From Glaucostegus cemiculus (Eukaryota), in the NCBI GenBank assembly GCA_976551045.1, contig CDPCPM010000029.1, forward strand, positions 40,920,001 through 40,984,000: a DNA stretch of 64,000 nt, written 5' to 3'. Of the stretch, positions 27,325 through 41,545 are shown in pieces. The stretch's first letter is position 1, and each line of letters starts with the position of its first letter. The notes beneath the pieces were generated by a model, which was not told where the DNA came from, searched no databases, and saw only the letters and a program-made list of their open reading frames with translations. A program made the translations under genes and the position numbers.

Positions 27325-27500
27325 AAGGAACTGCATTCCTATAGTGCCTCTCAGGATGCTTCATAGCATTTTACAACCAAGGTAGTTGTTCTTGAAATAT
27401 AATAACTGTTTATAGTGTAGGAAACAGCAAATAACCTGCATCCAGGAAAATCCCACAAAGGGCATAGAAGACACGCTGAGGTGTGTAATGGTGGTTAAGA
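27325..27500 (-). mobile_element. Deu-domain (SacSINE1/AmnSINE1-like) SINE relic
   Basis: Reverse complement resembles 61800-62010 (TTTGTGGGAT...GCTGTTTCCTACA...TTGGTTGTAAA...TCCTGAG...CTATAG.AATGCA). Confidence 0.55.
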
Positions 27501-27600
27501 ATAAATACAGAATTATCCTGGATTGAAAGTACACACAGGATATTTAGCCCAAGAGCTCTATGTCTGTGTTAATGCTCTCAGAAACATCTTCTTACTTGAG

Positions 27601-28240
27601 AAACAAAGGACTGCAGAACTAGATGAAAAACACTATGATGCTGGAGGAATTCAGCAAGCTAGGCAGCATCTGTGGAGAAAAGCAGGCGGTCAACCCAAGT
27701 GACAATAATAAACCAATGCTAGGTAACCATTTTGCAGAACACCTGTGCTCTGTCTGTAACTACCATCTGCATCTTCCCATTGCCAGTCACTTCAACTTCC
27801 CCTCCCACACTATCACTGATATGTCAGGAGAATTCTAAGCACAAACTGGAGGAACAGCATCTCATTTTCCATCTTGGAACCTTGAAGCCTAACACTATGA
27901 ATATTGAATCGTCCCACTTTAAGTAACCCCCACACCCCTTCACACACACACACACACACCCAACCATACCTCTTCTTTTCTTCCCTTTCCTAGCCTTTTT
28001 CTACCCTCTTTTTTTTTTAAATCTCTCCTTACCTTTGACCCTGCATCTATCCATCACCACCTTGTGCCCACCCCATCTCCCCTCTTTTGTCCAGCTATCA
28101 CTGCTCTGCTTTTCCCTCCAATATATTGGGCTTCCCCTTTTCCTATCTTCAGTCCTCACCAGAAATGTTGACCACCAGCTTTTCTCCACAGATGCTGCCT
28201 GGCCTGCTGAGTTCCTCCAGCATCATAGTGTTTCACATCT
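27601..28240 (+). mobile_element. Penelope-like element 3' fragment with inverted terminal repeats
   Basis: GIY-YIG C-terminus (LGNHFAEHL; KLEEQHLIFHLGTLKPNTMNIESSHFK*), pyrimidine-rich UTR, and a 74-nt inverted repeat 27621-27694 / 28167-28240 (67 of 74 match by eye). Confidence 0.85.
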
Positions 28241-31200
28241 TCCTACTTTATGCAGTCTTAGTCATCCAACAGATCCTTCTATCCCTCTGTCACATAAATC
28301 TCAAATTTCCCTGGAATACAGCTCTACTTTTCACTCCCAACAACTCCATGTGATGGGAAGTTCCAAGCTCTAACTACTGAGTAAAAGAGGTTTCTCCCAA
28401 ACTCAATACTGCAGTCATCAGCGACTTTTGTTTTAAGTAGGTCTGCAAGTTCTAGTCTCCCCACAAGTGGGGAACTCTTCTCTCCGAATATCTTTCACTA
28501 TTTCAGAGACTTCTGTCAATTTACCTCAACAACTTAATCATAATGATTATAATCTTTTAGATCTAGTATCAAAATTGCAAATTTATTTTGGACTCTTCTC
28601 TGGTGCATATTCCTTCTCCCTGCTTGTGGAGACCAGAGCTCAGCACAGTACACCCTAGTGTTATACATCGCTCCACATCCCCCACCATCCCCACCTTTCT
28701 TCCAATTTTCCCATTAGCTCTTTCATGTCCAGAAATAGGTGATGGGGCCTTGGTCTGTCATCTCATCCAAGCGATAGCCATCACTAGTCAAAACAGCAAA
28801 GATGTCAGCCTCTTTACATACGGAGCTACTAAGCACACAGATCTATTAAGCACAATCTCAAAAATGTCACAGAGGTTGAATAATTTTACATTTCAACACC
28901 ACCAATAAATAGGATCAAAAGCAATAAAACACAGACAGCCATTATTTAAGAATGGATCTTATTTTAAAGGTAAACTTAAGCATGGCCTTTAAGACTACAA
29001 CTTGAATGTTAAAGGTTATATAATTTCATTTGATTTATATCATGCATTAATTAGCTCTATCTCTGATCACGCTTGCTACACCAATTCATAATAAAACTAG
29101 TTAAGAATAAAGGAAGAGAGATGAGGAGTTATCAGAAGCTTCATTGAAGAGGCAGGTGATGGGTTTAGAAAGGGAATTCTAGTAAGTGGAGCCCAAGAGA
29201 TCCAAGGAAAGGGCAAGTATTAATGGAGTGGAAGGAGGGAACTGGGTTATAATGCACAAGAGGGTCAAGGAATAGAAAATATAGTGCTTGGTGAGGTTCA
29301 AAGGTTATGGAACATCTAGGGGTGAGATCTGGGCGAATTTAAAAAGGATAATAACCTTATTTTTTTTAATTGGTTGAGGCATCTTTAATCTCAAGATTAG
29401 AGGTCAACTTCTCCCAATTCAAGCATTCACGTCTCTTGCTATTATGAACAAGTTGCAAAATGTGTGTTAGTTGGGTTAATATCAGCACATCTAGCCACAT
29501 ACATAAAAACCCACTTAATCTAATCCTTAGCCTCCTATGGTGATTTGACACCAGTTAATTCCCATGGTAGGAGTCAGAGTACCTGACTTCCTCATGTCTG
29601 TCATATTAATGACTATTATAGACTGGGCACACAGGATGATGGATCCACACCTGTACTTCTAAGAAATACTCTTAAGGTGGTGAAATCAATGGCATGAGTC
29701 ACATAATTTCCTCATCAAGATGCTGTGGGCATATCCACTTCCAAGCCCTACAAAGAACTCTCTTTCACAAAAATCATATGTAAATCACAAGCACAAAGTA
29801 CCACAAATTATAATTTGTGTTTAACCATGGCTCAGGAACACAAGATTAAGACCCAGGATGATACCAAATGCAGCTGTACAGAGATAATATGCTTTGTGCC
29901 AGCCCAGTTATAGGCAGCAGATGAAGGGTCTCGACCCAAAACATCGACTGTCCATTTCCCTCCATGGATGCTGCTTGACCCACTGAACTCCTCCACCTTG
30001 TGTTGCTCCATGCACATCCTAGTTAATTAGAACCTGCTCTGTAATGGTCACCTCAGGAGTACAACTCTGCCAGAGCATATCCATTAAATGACTAACAACA
30101 TAAGAGAGCCAGACACTTTTTAAAAAAAGAACCAAAGTGCTCAACAGCACAAATGAAATAAATAAAGTCTTGATGTTTAATTGAAAAAAATCAAAGAGCA
30201 GCAGATACCAGAAATCTGCAATAGAAACAATAAGTGACAGATCAGGCAGCATCTCTGGAATTAAAACAGAGTGAATGTTTCAGGTCAAAGACCTTGATGC
30301 ATGATGGGAGGTAATGGTGACAGCAAGGCTACACTGAGGGAAGAATGTTCAAATATTAATTGCACAAAATGCAAATGGTCCCTTAAATGTAGAAGATAAA
30401 AAATATACGTGCCACTATGGGTACACAAAGCTTTGAGAGACATTATGTGTAGTGTGTTATTATAAATAACTCATCCTACAAAAGGAATGCTGTGCCAAGA
30501 GAAAATTGAACAAAGAGTCATCAAGATAATGCCTTGGATGTAAAATTTTGTGCAAGACCAAGTCAATTTTTGATTTTATTCCATGAGCTGGGGTGAAAGG
30601 GTGATGTGGTTTGTTATGTGCTTCAGAGCATGACTCATGGAAAAGATTAGACTTAGTACACAAATTCATGACATCACAAACATCACTGGAAGGGTAAAAA
30701 CTGCAAATATATTGAAGATGTAGGAGCAGAATTAGGCCATTCAGCCCATCAAAATATGTTCATACATCACAGTACAAAATGTTAATTTTAAAATCACATG
30801 TAACCAATATCAGCAAACTATTTTCTTGTCATGCATATCGACAACCAATAAGACCAAAAAGTATTCACACAGGATACAGCCACTCCAAGTGCAGTGGCAG
30901 GAGGGCCATGAACTGTGTGTGATCTTTCCCCACAGAGCCTTCGTAGCAGCTGCACCAGGCTTCACTGTGTCACTCAGCTTGAAGCCCTGGACCTTTGAAC
31001 ACATCAGATGGTGTAGACAACTACTTGAACTGGGAAACCAGCAAATTTCAGGCAGACCAAAGTGCATCTTTCATGGAATTGATAATCTTCCAGCAGCAGT
31101 CACCATTTATCTCAGTGTGTATCCCTGGGAACAGAACTCCACATTAGGCAGCTGTGCAGGATGAACCTTGACAAAGACCCCTTCCTCCCTTTCCAAACCT

Positions 31201-33789
31201 TAGCAAATGCACATTCAGAAGGAAATTAATGATAGTCTCTCGTCCTTCATAGCAGCTTCATGAGGATCTGACAGGAAGGACACTTCTCACCACCAACCAA
31301 GTGAAATCTTGGTGCTTGGTTGATTGTTCTGGTTATGGGGCACTCTGCACCAAATAAGATTTATTAATGGCAAATCAAATGCCAGGTTCTGAAGTGGTAT
31401 AGCCAAGGTTATTTGGTCCACTATTTGTTCATGCCAAAACATTTTAATTCCAACCATAAAACATTTCTCATTGCTGTCCAGGCACAAGGAAAATGGTGAA
31501 AGCCATTTATGGAAGTTGGGCATATACCACAACACAAATTTGGACCACTTGCCAGCAAGTGCTCAACAAATCAGTAATGGCTTTCTTCAGTGTGCTGATG
31601 AGTCCTCAGAACAACTGACTGCCTGCTCAATAACTTGATTCTTATCAAAAAATTCATCCAAATAAAATTCTTCTGTCAGCAGTTATAGCAATAAATCATC
31701 AATAATTTTCCTAGATCAGAAATATCTATGAAATTTGCCATGCCAGTTTAATTAGCTTACAGCTGGCGTAGCCAGGCTAATGAGAACATACAAAATCATT
31801 AGATTCTGAATCCACAATTCACTGTTATACAAACATAATTGTGGTGCTTTAAGACCTTTATCATTTTCTTCCCTAAGATACACAAAGTTAAGGTCAGATA
31901 ATGGAAGATGTCCTATTTTTCAGCAAAAAGTTGCATTAGAACTGATCCAGACAAGAGACATACAAACTGTAAAGATGCTGAAAATCAAATCAAATGCTAA
32001 ATGTGCCCAGCTTGTGAGGGAGTATTTATAGACAAACAAGTTGCATGGACGTTTCAGTACAATAATTGCAAAGCTGGTGAAAAACATTAACATTTTGCAT
32101 AATAAAATGCTGAATTTAAATAGTCACGCAATTAAGGCATCATTGCAGCCTATTAGGATTTATTTATTTTGCAACTAACTAATTTTGGCACCAACTAATG
32201 TCAGATAATGCTGCAGAAATCAAAAATGCTTTACTTAACTTTTACTTTAAAGACTCCTATTTCTTGGATTATAACCTAAACTGCAGCGCCTAGCTATCCA
32301 ATCAGATGACCTTAACCCTGGAAAGTGATGACATGATTAGTGGGCCAGATCTTCATGAGAAATTCTGACATTTCCACGTGCAAGATAGCACGAAGTCCCC
32401 AACATCCTGAAAGGTGCCCATTGGCAATTTCCTGAATGTGCTCCAATATCAGATTCCAGGAGTCTAACAACTTTGTGAGATTCAACAGTTGCACTAGAAG
32501 CTGCATCAGGTTAGGCCTGACAGAGCTTCAGAGACTCCCATTTCAGCTGCAAAGGAAACAGGAAACTGGTAACCAGTTCCACCAGTCATCCCTGGTTCTC
32601 TCACTGCTCGTTCACCTTTTCCATCCTTTTCCCTCCACCATCTGGCTCCATCTGCCCCCATTGGCCCATCATTCCCCACTTTCCCCACAACAAATCTGGT
32701 TCCACTTATCCTTTACTTTCTGGCTAAAATTGCAAATGCAAAAAACTGAATTAACAATAACAATGCTTCTAAAATACCGACCACATTGCAATTTTCTTTC
32801 TTGCAGTTGCACAGAAGAATTAGGAACCCTCTCTGGAAGGCTCTTGACCATGCAAATTGACCTTGTGTATGCAGCAATTTAAAATGCAGAGTACACCAGA
32901 CCAAACGATGGCATTTCAGTTACTATTTAAAATATAGATGTGTCTACGCTGCAAAGGAATGAACCAGTGACTGATTCCAGATAACAAAAAAATTTATGTG
33001 GGTGTGCAAACATTTTTAACCTTGATATAATTGTACTAGATAGACAAACAGTTCAGGAGTTTTACAAGAACACAGCTTCCTAGAAGATCCTAGCAGGAAA
33101 CACTGTTCATTTAAGAGCAAACGCAACCATGCTGAATGACAGATCACTGCTAAAAACAAGAAATAAGACTTCCTGACAGCAATCCTTTAAATGACAAAGC
33201 ACTCGTATCAAGAGTAAACAGTGTTATTGTCAAATGATAAAGACTAAAGCCATTTCCCTACTAGAGAGAAAAGGATATCAGTAATGTAAGAGTTTAGGAT
33301 AAGACATTTCCAAGCTTCACTATTCAAACCGACTACAAGCAGTCTTCACATTTAAACCAACATTTTGCCTCTTCAGATTAAACTAGAGATATTGTGGCAT
33401 TCTGGCAGGCAAACAAACCCTGTACTAATAACAAAGCTATACATCATCTAAAACTTCTATCCTATTTGTCAGGAGAATGCTCAACTATTTATCTTACAAA
33501 GGAATGCTATTCTATTACTTCTGTCATGCTGACTGTAATGTCAAATTGACACAGTTGCCACATCCATAAAATGTCAACTGATATCCATCTCAACAGACCA
33601 TTAACAGTTCATTCAAAACAACCTGCACAGACCAGTATTTATGCTCCACTTGAATCTCCTCCATTTTCTGCTTTTCCCTCAGTCTATTCTCTTCTCCTTC
33701 ATGCCCTTATCTAATATCTCCATGACCTACTGACATTGAAGGAACAGTGATAAATTTCCAAGTTGTGAATAAGTGTGACTTGCAGATGG

Positions 33790-34360
33790 AGGTCTTCCAA
33801 AACAAACTAGTATCCTTGTCCCCTTTGGTGATAGATATAACAGGAATGGGAGGTGGCACCAAAGACCAACTAAGGCACCAAGGTGCTTTTGGTAGTGGCT
33901 GCACATTGCAGCTTGCACCAGCAGTAGAAGTAGTGAATTTTCAGGTGTTGAATGTAGTACAATAACTGAGCTGTCTTGTTCTTGATGTAACCAAGCTCAC
34001 CTCTCCAAGACAGAATATTCTCCAAGCCTTGCTGCACAGGGACATAGATTGACTCATCATAAAAAGATGCAAATGAAATTGAACACCCTGCAATCAATCA
34101 GAAATAAGAATCTTTATATACGACCTTTGATGATGGAAGGTCATTGAAACCATTACAAAAGACTGGACCAAGAAAACTTCCCTGAGGAGCTTTTGTGGGG
34201 ACTGAGATCAGTGGCCTCAAACTACCACAGTCATAATTTGTTCTCTATAGGACTCCTGCCAGGGCAGTGTTTACCCCTGGGGTTCCACCAACTTCAAAGT
34301 TATTAGGGCTCCTTGTTGCCATACTTTGTCAAATGCTGCCTTGATATGGAGGACTGTTGT
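33790..34360 (-). mobile_element. Ancient CR1/L2-superfamily RT relic
   Basis: Minus strand at 34350-34295 reads IKAAFDKVWQQGALITL, an RT motif; flanks are heavily decayed. Confidence 0.5.
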
Positions 34361-34659
34361 TCTTATATAAAGGCTTTATGGTTTTGCTCAATCCCAGATA
34401 TATTCCTTGTTTAGCACAGCAAAATTTCAAAGGTTTATAATAGGTTAGTTTCCAAAGTCACACGATTATAAGGAAAGGAAGAATAGGCTGAATCTCTGAA
34501 GGCAAAATCCTTTAAATCCCTTTTTACACCCTAACAAATGTGTTCTACATGCTTGTATTGCATCATAACCAGAATGGTAAAAGCATACAGATACAGAAAA
34601 TCTGAAATTAATGACAGTTAAATCTGCAAATACTCAGAAGGATCAGAAACTAAAAGCTC

Positions 34660-35150
34660 AGAGCAGGGGAGGTAACATATTGGTGTGGCTAGAGATTGGT
34701 CAGCTAACAGGGACTCAAATTAGACATAAATGAGTCTTTTTCTGGTTAGCAGAATGTAAAGAATGGTGCGTCACAGAGTTCAGTGTTGAGACATCAACAT
34801 TTTACAATTTTACAATTTACATAAATATGATTGACAAAGACACTGGAGGTATGGCTGCTAAATTTGCTAATGACACAAAGATAGGTAGGAAAGCATGCTG
34901 TGAAAAGTATAAAAGGAGGCTAAAAAGTGATGCAGATAGGTTAAGTGAAGGGGCAAAGACATGGAAAATAGAATATAACATGGGAAGATGTGAAATTGAC
35001 CACCATCAGAAACATTAAAAAAATAGCGAGAGGCCACCAAGCCGTAGGGCTCAGAGGTGTGTCCTAATGCATGAATCATAAAAAGCTCATATGCAAGTAC
35101 AGAAAGCAATTAAGAAAGCAAACAGAATGTTTAAATTTATTACTAGGGGA
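34660..35150 (+). mobile_element. CR1 RT fragment
   Basis: FTIYINMID...AKFANDTKIG...DRLSEGAKTWKIEYNMGRCE. Confidence 0.75.
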
Positions 35151-36280
35151 CCTAGATAGAGGAAAAAAGGTATGTGCCACCCCAAATATACCCCAGTCTC
35201 ATTTTTGAACACTTACTGTAGATCATACAAGATTCCCATGAATCCAGATATACTGATGTACTGGTCAAAGTCTAATCTGGTTAGATATTTGCTTTGAATA
35301 ATTCATTACACTTTTACATAAATAACAATTCCTTAATAGTTAACTCTGTTGCTAAATAAGAAACAACAGTTCAGCTTCAACTGCACTTGGGGTTTGCCAG
35401 AAAATCCATCTTTAGCAAATTCTCCATTGCATGCATTAGACAAACTAGTTTTCCTTACTTTAATCATTGTACATCTTTCAAAGTTTTTCAAGACAACAAA
35501 TTAAACTAACTTTGAAGGCCACAAATCCTCTTTTGCACAACATTTAAGGTTGATAGGAAAAGAATGTTACTTTAGGTCTGCAAGACCTTTTGCAGTTACT
35601 TGAAACAGCTTACGACAATATTGGTAGAATATTGTGTTATTTGACAGTACCAGCTAAGTTCATCAGGGTCCCAAATAACAGTTATTAATTCTGGAGCTCC
35701 AAGCTTACAAACCCGACAGAATATATTGTATTGGATTCAAAGCGTATTAAAATGCATTTTGGGTTTCTAAACAAATTCTCAACACATTCTATCATCCAAA
35801 TAAACCTCAATGGATTTTTTTTTAATCTGCAGTTCATAAATTTGCAGGAAGGGATCTCAAATTCCAACCAACAACTATGGAAATATCTTGGCATCTATAA
35901 GGAGGAATTTGCAAAAAGTTACCAAAATAACTCCACCAAAATAGGAAGTTACATTTTTCGGATATGAAGTGTATTTTGTGAACCATTTCACAACGATGTG
36001 CGGAAGTACCAAATATTCTGATAAGTCTGTAGTATCACAATATCCCATATACATGCATTTGTCACACTGTTCAAACTATTTTTATTGCAAAGTGTGGGTA
36101 ACAGTAAGGGTCACACCTTTCCTTCACATGGAAGAGGCTAAAAACAGCTCATCTCAACACATATGCCATCAAATGCTTTAAAGGACTAAATGAAGTGATG
36201 AAATAATGGCAAAATGAACAATAACAAAAGCAAAATACTGCAGACTGGAAATACTCTTAAGTGTGTGGTGGGAAGGGAAG

Positions 36281-36348
36281 ACAGAGACACAGAGAGAGAG
36301 AGACAGAGACAGACACAGAGAGAGAGAGAGAGAGACACACACACACAC
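36281..36348. repeat. (GA/CA) compound microsatellite inside a Penelope terminal-repeat relic
   Basis: (AG)n, AGAC and (AC)n tracts, flanked by CTGCAGACTGGAAATACTC and CAGATCCTGCCTGA. Confidence 0.8.
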
Positions 36349-37194
36349 GGAGAGAAGCAGAATAAATGTTTCAGATCACTGATCTTTCAACATAGAAGAT
36401 CAACTAGAAACGTTAACTCCATCGCTTCACAGATCCTGCCTGAATGAACAAGGATCCAAAGGCTTGCCATTGGAAAGATAAAAGTGAGAAAGATAAGAAA
36501 ATAAGTTTTAAAAAAATGTAAACAATATGTCCAAAGCAGAGTCAATTATCAACTCTGAAGGGGGTAGGGAAGAAACAAAGTACTTACTGCCAACACTCAG
36601 TCGGAGGGGTTGGACATATGACTGATAGTGAATGGAGAAGTTAGCCTGCTTTTACTACATAATGGCTTCCTTCCTCTACCCTTTTAAGTAGACGGTTATG
36701 AAAGATGCTGCACATGATTAACCTTTGAATGAGTCGGTAGGTCTTGGGATAACCCAGGGCATCAATTGATTTACTGCAATACAATTTGTGGTATTTTACA
36801 ATGTTTCCTACATTCCAACATTAACTACATCCAAAGCTCCTTGGTTCATTTTGAGGTTGTGATTTTGTTGTCAGTAATAGCGATCACATGCAGATCACTG
36901 CTTTAAATAAGCCATATGCAACTGTAGGTAGTCACCTTGTTCCTTCTCCTGGGCATTCTAGAACCTGTTGAACTGAGCTTAGGCTTTGGCTGGCTACATC
37001 ATGCAAGATTCCTGTTCTAAATATCAATTTGGACAATAGATACAAATCTTTGTCAGCCTTTAACAATACTTTTTATGCCCAATTTAATCTTTAAACATTA
37101 TATGTAATAGGGCCTATTTAAAATCTGGTCCAAGCCACATCTTCAGAAACTCATGATCATTTTGGAATGTGCAAGTCTAAGAATTTTAGATGTA

Positions 37195-38565
37195 TTCAGA
37201 ATCAGAATCAGTTTTATTGTCACAACCATATACATACATAGTATGCATAGGAGCGAGATACCGTCCTCCTCAGGTGCTCATCCCATTAAATAACAACCAA
37301 CAGAGACACACAGACACACTTAACAGAATAAACATTAAAAAACAATAAACATTAAAAACTACAGAAGTTAAAATTAAATTAATACGCAGATTAAATTTAA
37401 AATGGCCGGTAAATGAATAAATAGTTATTAAAGTGAACGGGCTGGTGGCGGGCATTTAAAGTGCTGGTGCACTTCTGTGCACCTAGCATCTCTTAGTGTT
37501 AACAAGGAAGATGGAGGGATGAGAGAGTTTGCAGTTCTGATGGCTTGCGGAAATAAGCTATTGTTCAGCCTGGTCGTTCTTGCCCTGATACATTTAAGCC
37601 TCCTCCCTGATGGCAAAATTATAAAGAGGTGATGGGAGGGGTGAGAAGGGTCGGCCATTATGCTTTTGGTCTTCCTCACACAACGGTCTTTGTATATGTC
37701 TGCGAGGGACGGAAGCGAGACACCTATGATCCTCTCCGCAGCCCTAACTATCCTCTGGAGGGACTTCCGCCCAGCAGCTGAACAGCTTCCAAACCAAACA
37801 GTGATACATTAGGTTAGGATGCTCTCAATGGTCCCTCTATAGAAGGTTTTCATGACGGAGGGTTGGGAGTTCGCTTTCCTCAGTCTCCGCAGGAAGTAGA
37901 GGCGTTTCTGAGCTTTCGTCGTGAGGGCCGTAATGTTAGTGGACCAGGTCAGGTCGTCGGTGATGTGCACCCCAAGGAACTTGGTGCTGTGTACTTGTTC
38001 CACAGCAGACCCGTTGATGGTCAGTGGGGCGTGCACACGGTGACCCCTCCTAAAATCCACTATCATCTCCTTGGCTTTATCCACATTCAAGGAGAGGTTG
38101 TTGTCATAGCACCACACGGCTAGTTGTTTCACCTCCTCTCTGTAGTCCGACTCATCGTCACCCGTGACAAGACCCACCACTGTCGTGTCATCGGCAAATT
38201 TGACAATGCGGTTGGAGCTGGATCTGGCCTCACAGTCGTGAGTCAACAAGGTGAACAGGAGCAGACTGAGCACACAACCCTATGGGGAGCCAGTGCTCAG
38301 TGTGATGGTGCTTGAGGCGTTTTCACCAATTCTGACTGACTGCAGCCTGCAAGTGAGAAAATCCAGTATCCAGTTGCAGAGAGGAGTGTTAATGCCCAGA
38401 GCACTCAACTTCCTGATTAGCTGTTGCGGGATGATGGTACTGAAAGCGGAGCTGAAGTCGATGAATAGCAGTCGGCAGTATGAATCCTTCTTCTCTAAGT
38501 GATATAGTGCAGAGTGCATGGCAGAGGAGACTGCATCATCAGTGGACCTGTTTGCCCGATAAGCA
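37195..38565 (-). mobile_element. Rex-Babar-type LINE, young family copy 2 (longest)
   Basis: [51 protein letters not shown]. The frame is broken only by point stops at ~38280 and ~37809. (ATTCTG)n tail at 37195-37211. Confidence 0.92.
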
Positions 38566-40671
38566 TTTCTGAATGGAGAACGGTAACTGTATCACATCCA
38601 TTTTCTTTCTAGCAGTAAGGGACCAAAGATGTGGCTCTATCTTCTGGGAGGGTGGGAGAGACGTAGATTTGATATTTGGGAGGAAGTGATACTTGAAACA
38701 GGCACATAGGTCAGTTCATCTCCCAGATGGAACCTCTGTGCCACATTTAAATTTGATTGGTTAATTTTCCCTCTCAATCATCTCCTCTATAGCTGGAGAA
38801 AGCACTCAGCAAATGCAACTCAACATAAGAGGGGCTGGAAAATAGAAGCTTAGGTAATGAAACTGTCAAGATCACAAAGCCAGGAAGGAGCAACAGATCA
38901 TTAATAAAAAAAAAGATAAATAGGTCAGGAAAAAGCCACAGCACAGCTGAATCAAACAGTTGTAACTGGAATCCATAGCAACGTTTCTTATTTGAAGGAA
39001 GTGAGTGGAATTAAAGAGATGTCGCTTAAAGTGAAAACAAACCCAGCAGGCATGGAAAGTGGTTGCACTGGTCCTCAAAAGTAGTACAACTCATCCAGGT
39101 CCCCTTTCTGTGGGCAGTAGGAACTGAGGCAAGGGAGCAAGGAGGGAAATGATACCTTCAATATAGTAACTATATAATTAAGACTTTTCCTTATGGTTGG
39201 TGACATCTTCAACTGGCCTTCTGACATCTCCCAAATACAATCAGCTAACTCAGCATGGGTCAGGGATCCAACCCAAAAGCCTAATGGTTTTTATGACCAA
39301 ATTCCCAAAACCAACGGATGCCCTGAAAAGATCCAAAGAATATCATACTTCGCATCTGTATGCACCAAGGAGGAGGATGGAAGATAGTGAACTCAGGAGG
39401 GGTACATGGATAAATCAGAAGCAGATCAGTATTAAAGAGAATGACATGAAGAGAGATACAAGGGCTAGACAAATTATCAGGGCCAGACAAGATCTATCCA
39501 AGGTTGCAAGGAAGGAGATAGCTGGGGACCAGATAGATTTTTGCATCTTTTGTTAGGCATAGGAGAAGTGCTAGAAGACTGGAGGATGGCAACTGTTGTT
39601 CCTTTAGGGGCAGCAGGGATATACCAGGTAACAATAGGCCAGTGATCCTTACATCAGTGATAATAAAATGGAAAAAAATTCTAAAGAGACAATGGAATCT
39701 TGCATGGTTTCTTGAACCTCCTTTCCAACGCACATTATTAGAGAAACTTGTATCTCCCTGATGCTCATTTGATGACAAATGCTAGTTGTTCTAATCCAAT
39801 GTAAATAGGTTTCTCCAGCACCATTTTATTATGCAATTAAGAAAGATACAACCTAATGCACATCTGTTGAGTTCTCTAGTTCTAACAGGCTAGTGTTAAG
39901 TATGCTACAAACGACATCCACAACCTTGGGCAAGGATGGGTTTATATAAAAAAAAGTCAGTTAATAATCCCTGCTGAAAACACTCATGCACAACAGCAGA
40001 TACAAGAAAGGAAAATGCACATGGATGTCCAATTTACTTTTTCCATTAAGTGGTGCAGCAGATACATTTGATTGATCAAATTTAACACATGCAGGGTTGC
40101 CAGGAAATCAAACACAAAATCGACCGGAAAGACTGTGACCCCAGAATGTTAAAGCAAAGCATATGGCCCTTTTAAAAGGATGGGACCTCGCCCTCTAAGT
40201 TGCCTTACAAAAAGTTCACAAATGTACCAACACAAAAATATATCCTTACCAACCTGGAAACAACTATGGCTTCCTAGATCTGGCCAGTGCAATTCCTATT
40301 TCTAAATAGGGTTGTGAAACAGGAAGCAATGCAGTACTGCTCTTCCAAAAAACTAAGTTCAAGAAACTGTTAATGTTCCCTTATTAATTAACCAATCAGG
40401 ACAAATAAGTTTTCATATTTTGCTTTCCCAATACTTAGATTTCTCCTTTTACATACCCTATTCCAGTGAAAAAGTTTCAAGTACCATCTTTAATACTTTA
40501 TCATTCTTGTGAATCACATCTACATCCTGTCCATGACTCTAATATCCTTCCTACAGTGAGATGCTGCTCCAGCTGCTAGCTTGTTCTTGAATAAATTCTG
40601 AAACACATACCTGCTTTCTTATTCTGTCTTGTGTGTAGAATTAAGAAATCCAGTAGCACTTTTCCAACCAC

Positions 40672-41278
40672 ATAGACACTATGGCCAAGAAAGCACACCA
40701 GTGTCTCTGCTTCCTCAGGAGGCTAAGGACATTGAACATGAACCTGATGATACCAATTTTCAGAGCTGTACCATAGAGAGCATTCTATCTAGAGGCAATA
40801 GAGCTTGATATGGCAAGACTGCAAGAAATTGGAGGGAGTTGTGGACTCGTTTCAGTCCATCAAACTAGCCCTTTTTTTCATTGATTCCATCTACAGTCCC
40901 TGCTGCTTGGGAAAGCAGCCAACATAATCAAGGACCCCCACCCCAGACATTCTCTCTTCTCCCTCATTCCATTGGGCAGAAAGTACAAAAGCTCAAAAAC
41001 ACACACCACCAGGCTCAAGGACAGCTTCTATCCCACTGTTACAAGACCTTTGAATGGACATCTTGTACGATGAAGATGAACTCCTGATCTCTCAGTCTAC
41101 CCCGTCATGGCCCTTGCATCTTATTTGTCCAACTGCACTCTCTCTGTAACTGTAACACTATGTTCTGCATTCTGTTATTGATTTTCCCTTAGTACCATCT
41201 CAATGTACTTTTGTTTGGAATGATCTATCTAGATGACATGCAAAACAAAGGTTTTCACTGTATCTCAGTACATGTGAT
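40672..41278 (+). mobile_element. Rex-Babar LINE 3' fragment (family of 13775-15898)
   Basis: GCCAAGAAAGCACACCAG..CTCTGCTTCCTCAGGAGGCTAAGG and CACCAGGCTCAAGGACAGCTTCTATCCCACTG shared with 15339-15642; similar 3' UTR. Confidence 0.85.
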
Positions 41279-41280
41279 GA

Positions 41281-41545
41281 GGCGGCATTGTGTAGCAGTT
41301 ACCATAACACTATTAGAGCGCCAGCAACCTGGGTTCAATTCCCGCTGCAGTCTGCAAGGAGCTTGTACGTTCACCCTGTGTCTGCGTGAGTTTCCTCCGA
41401 GTGCTCCAGTTTCCTCCAACATTCTAAAAGACGTACAGGTTAGAAAGTTGTGGGCACGCTATGTTGGCACCAGAGGTGAGATGACACTTGCAGGCTGCCC
41501 CCAGAACACTCTACGCAAAGGATGCATTTCAATGTACATGTGACC
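41281..41545 (+). mobile_element. tRNA-derived V-SINE-like element with Rex-type tail
   Basis: B-box GGTTCAATTCC (41332-41342); V-core TGTACGTTC...GCGTGAGTTTCCTCCGAGTGCTCCAGTTTCCTCC; tail GCAAAG..GCATTTCA.TGTACATGTGAC. Confidence 0.75.

Noticed and set aside
33050-33240. ETS/FOX-like motif cluster (similar at 40090-40330)
   Set aside because: Short motifs expected by chance; not supportable without conservation data.
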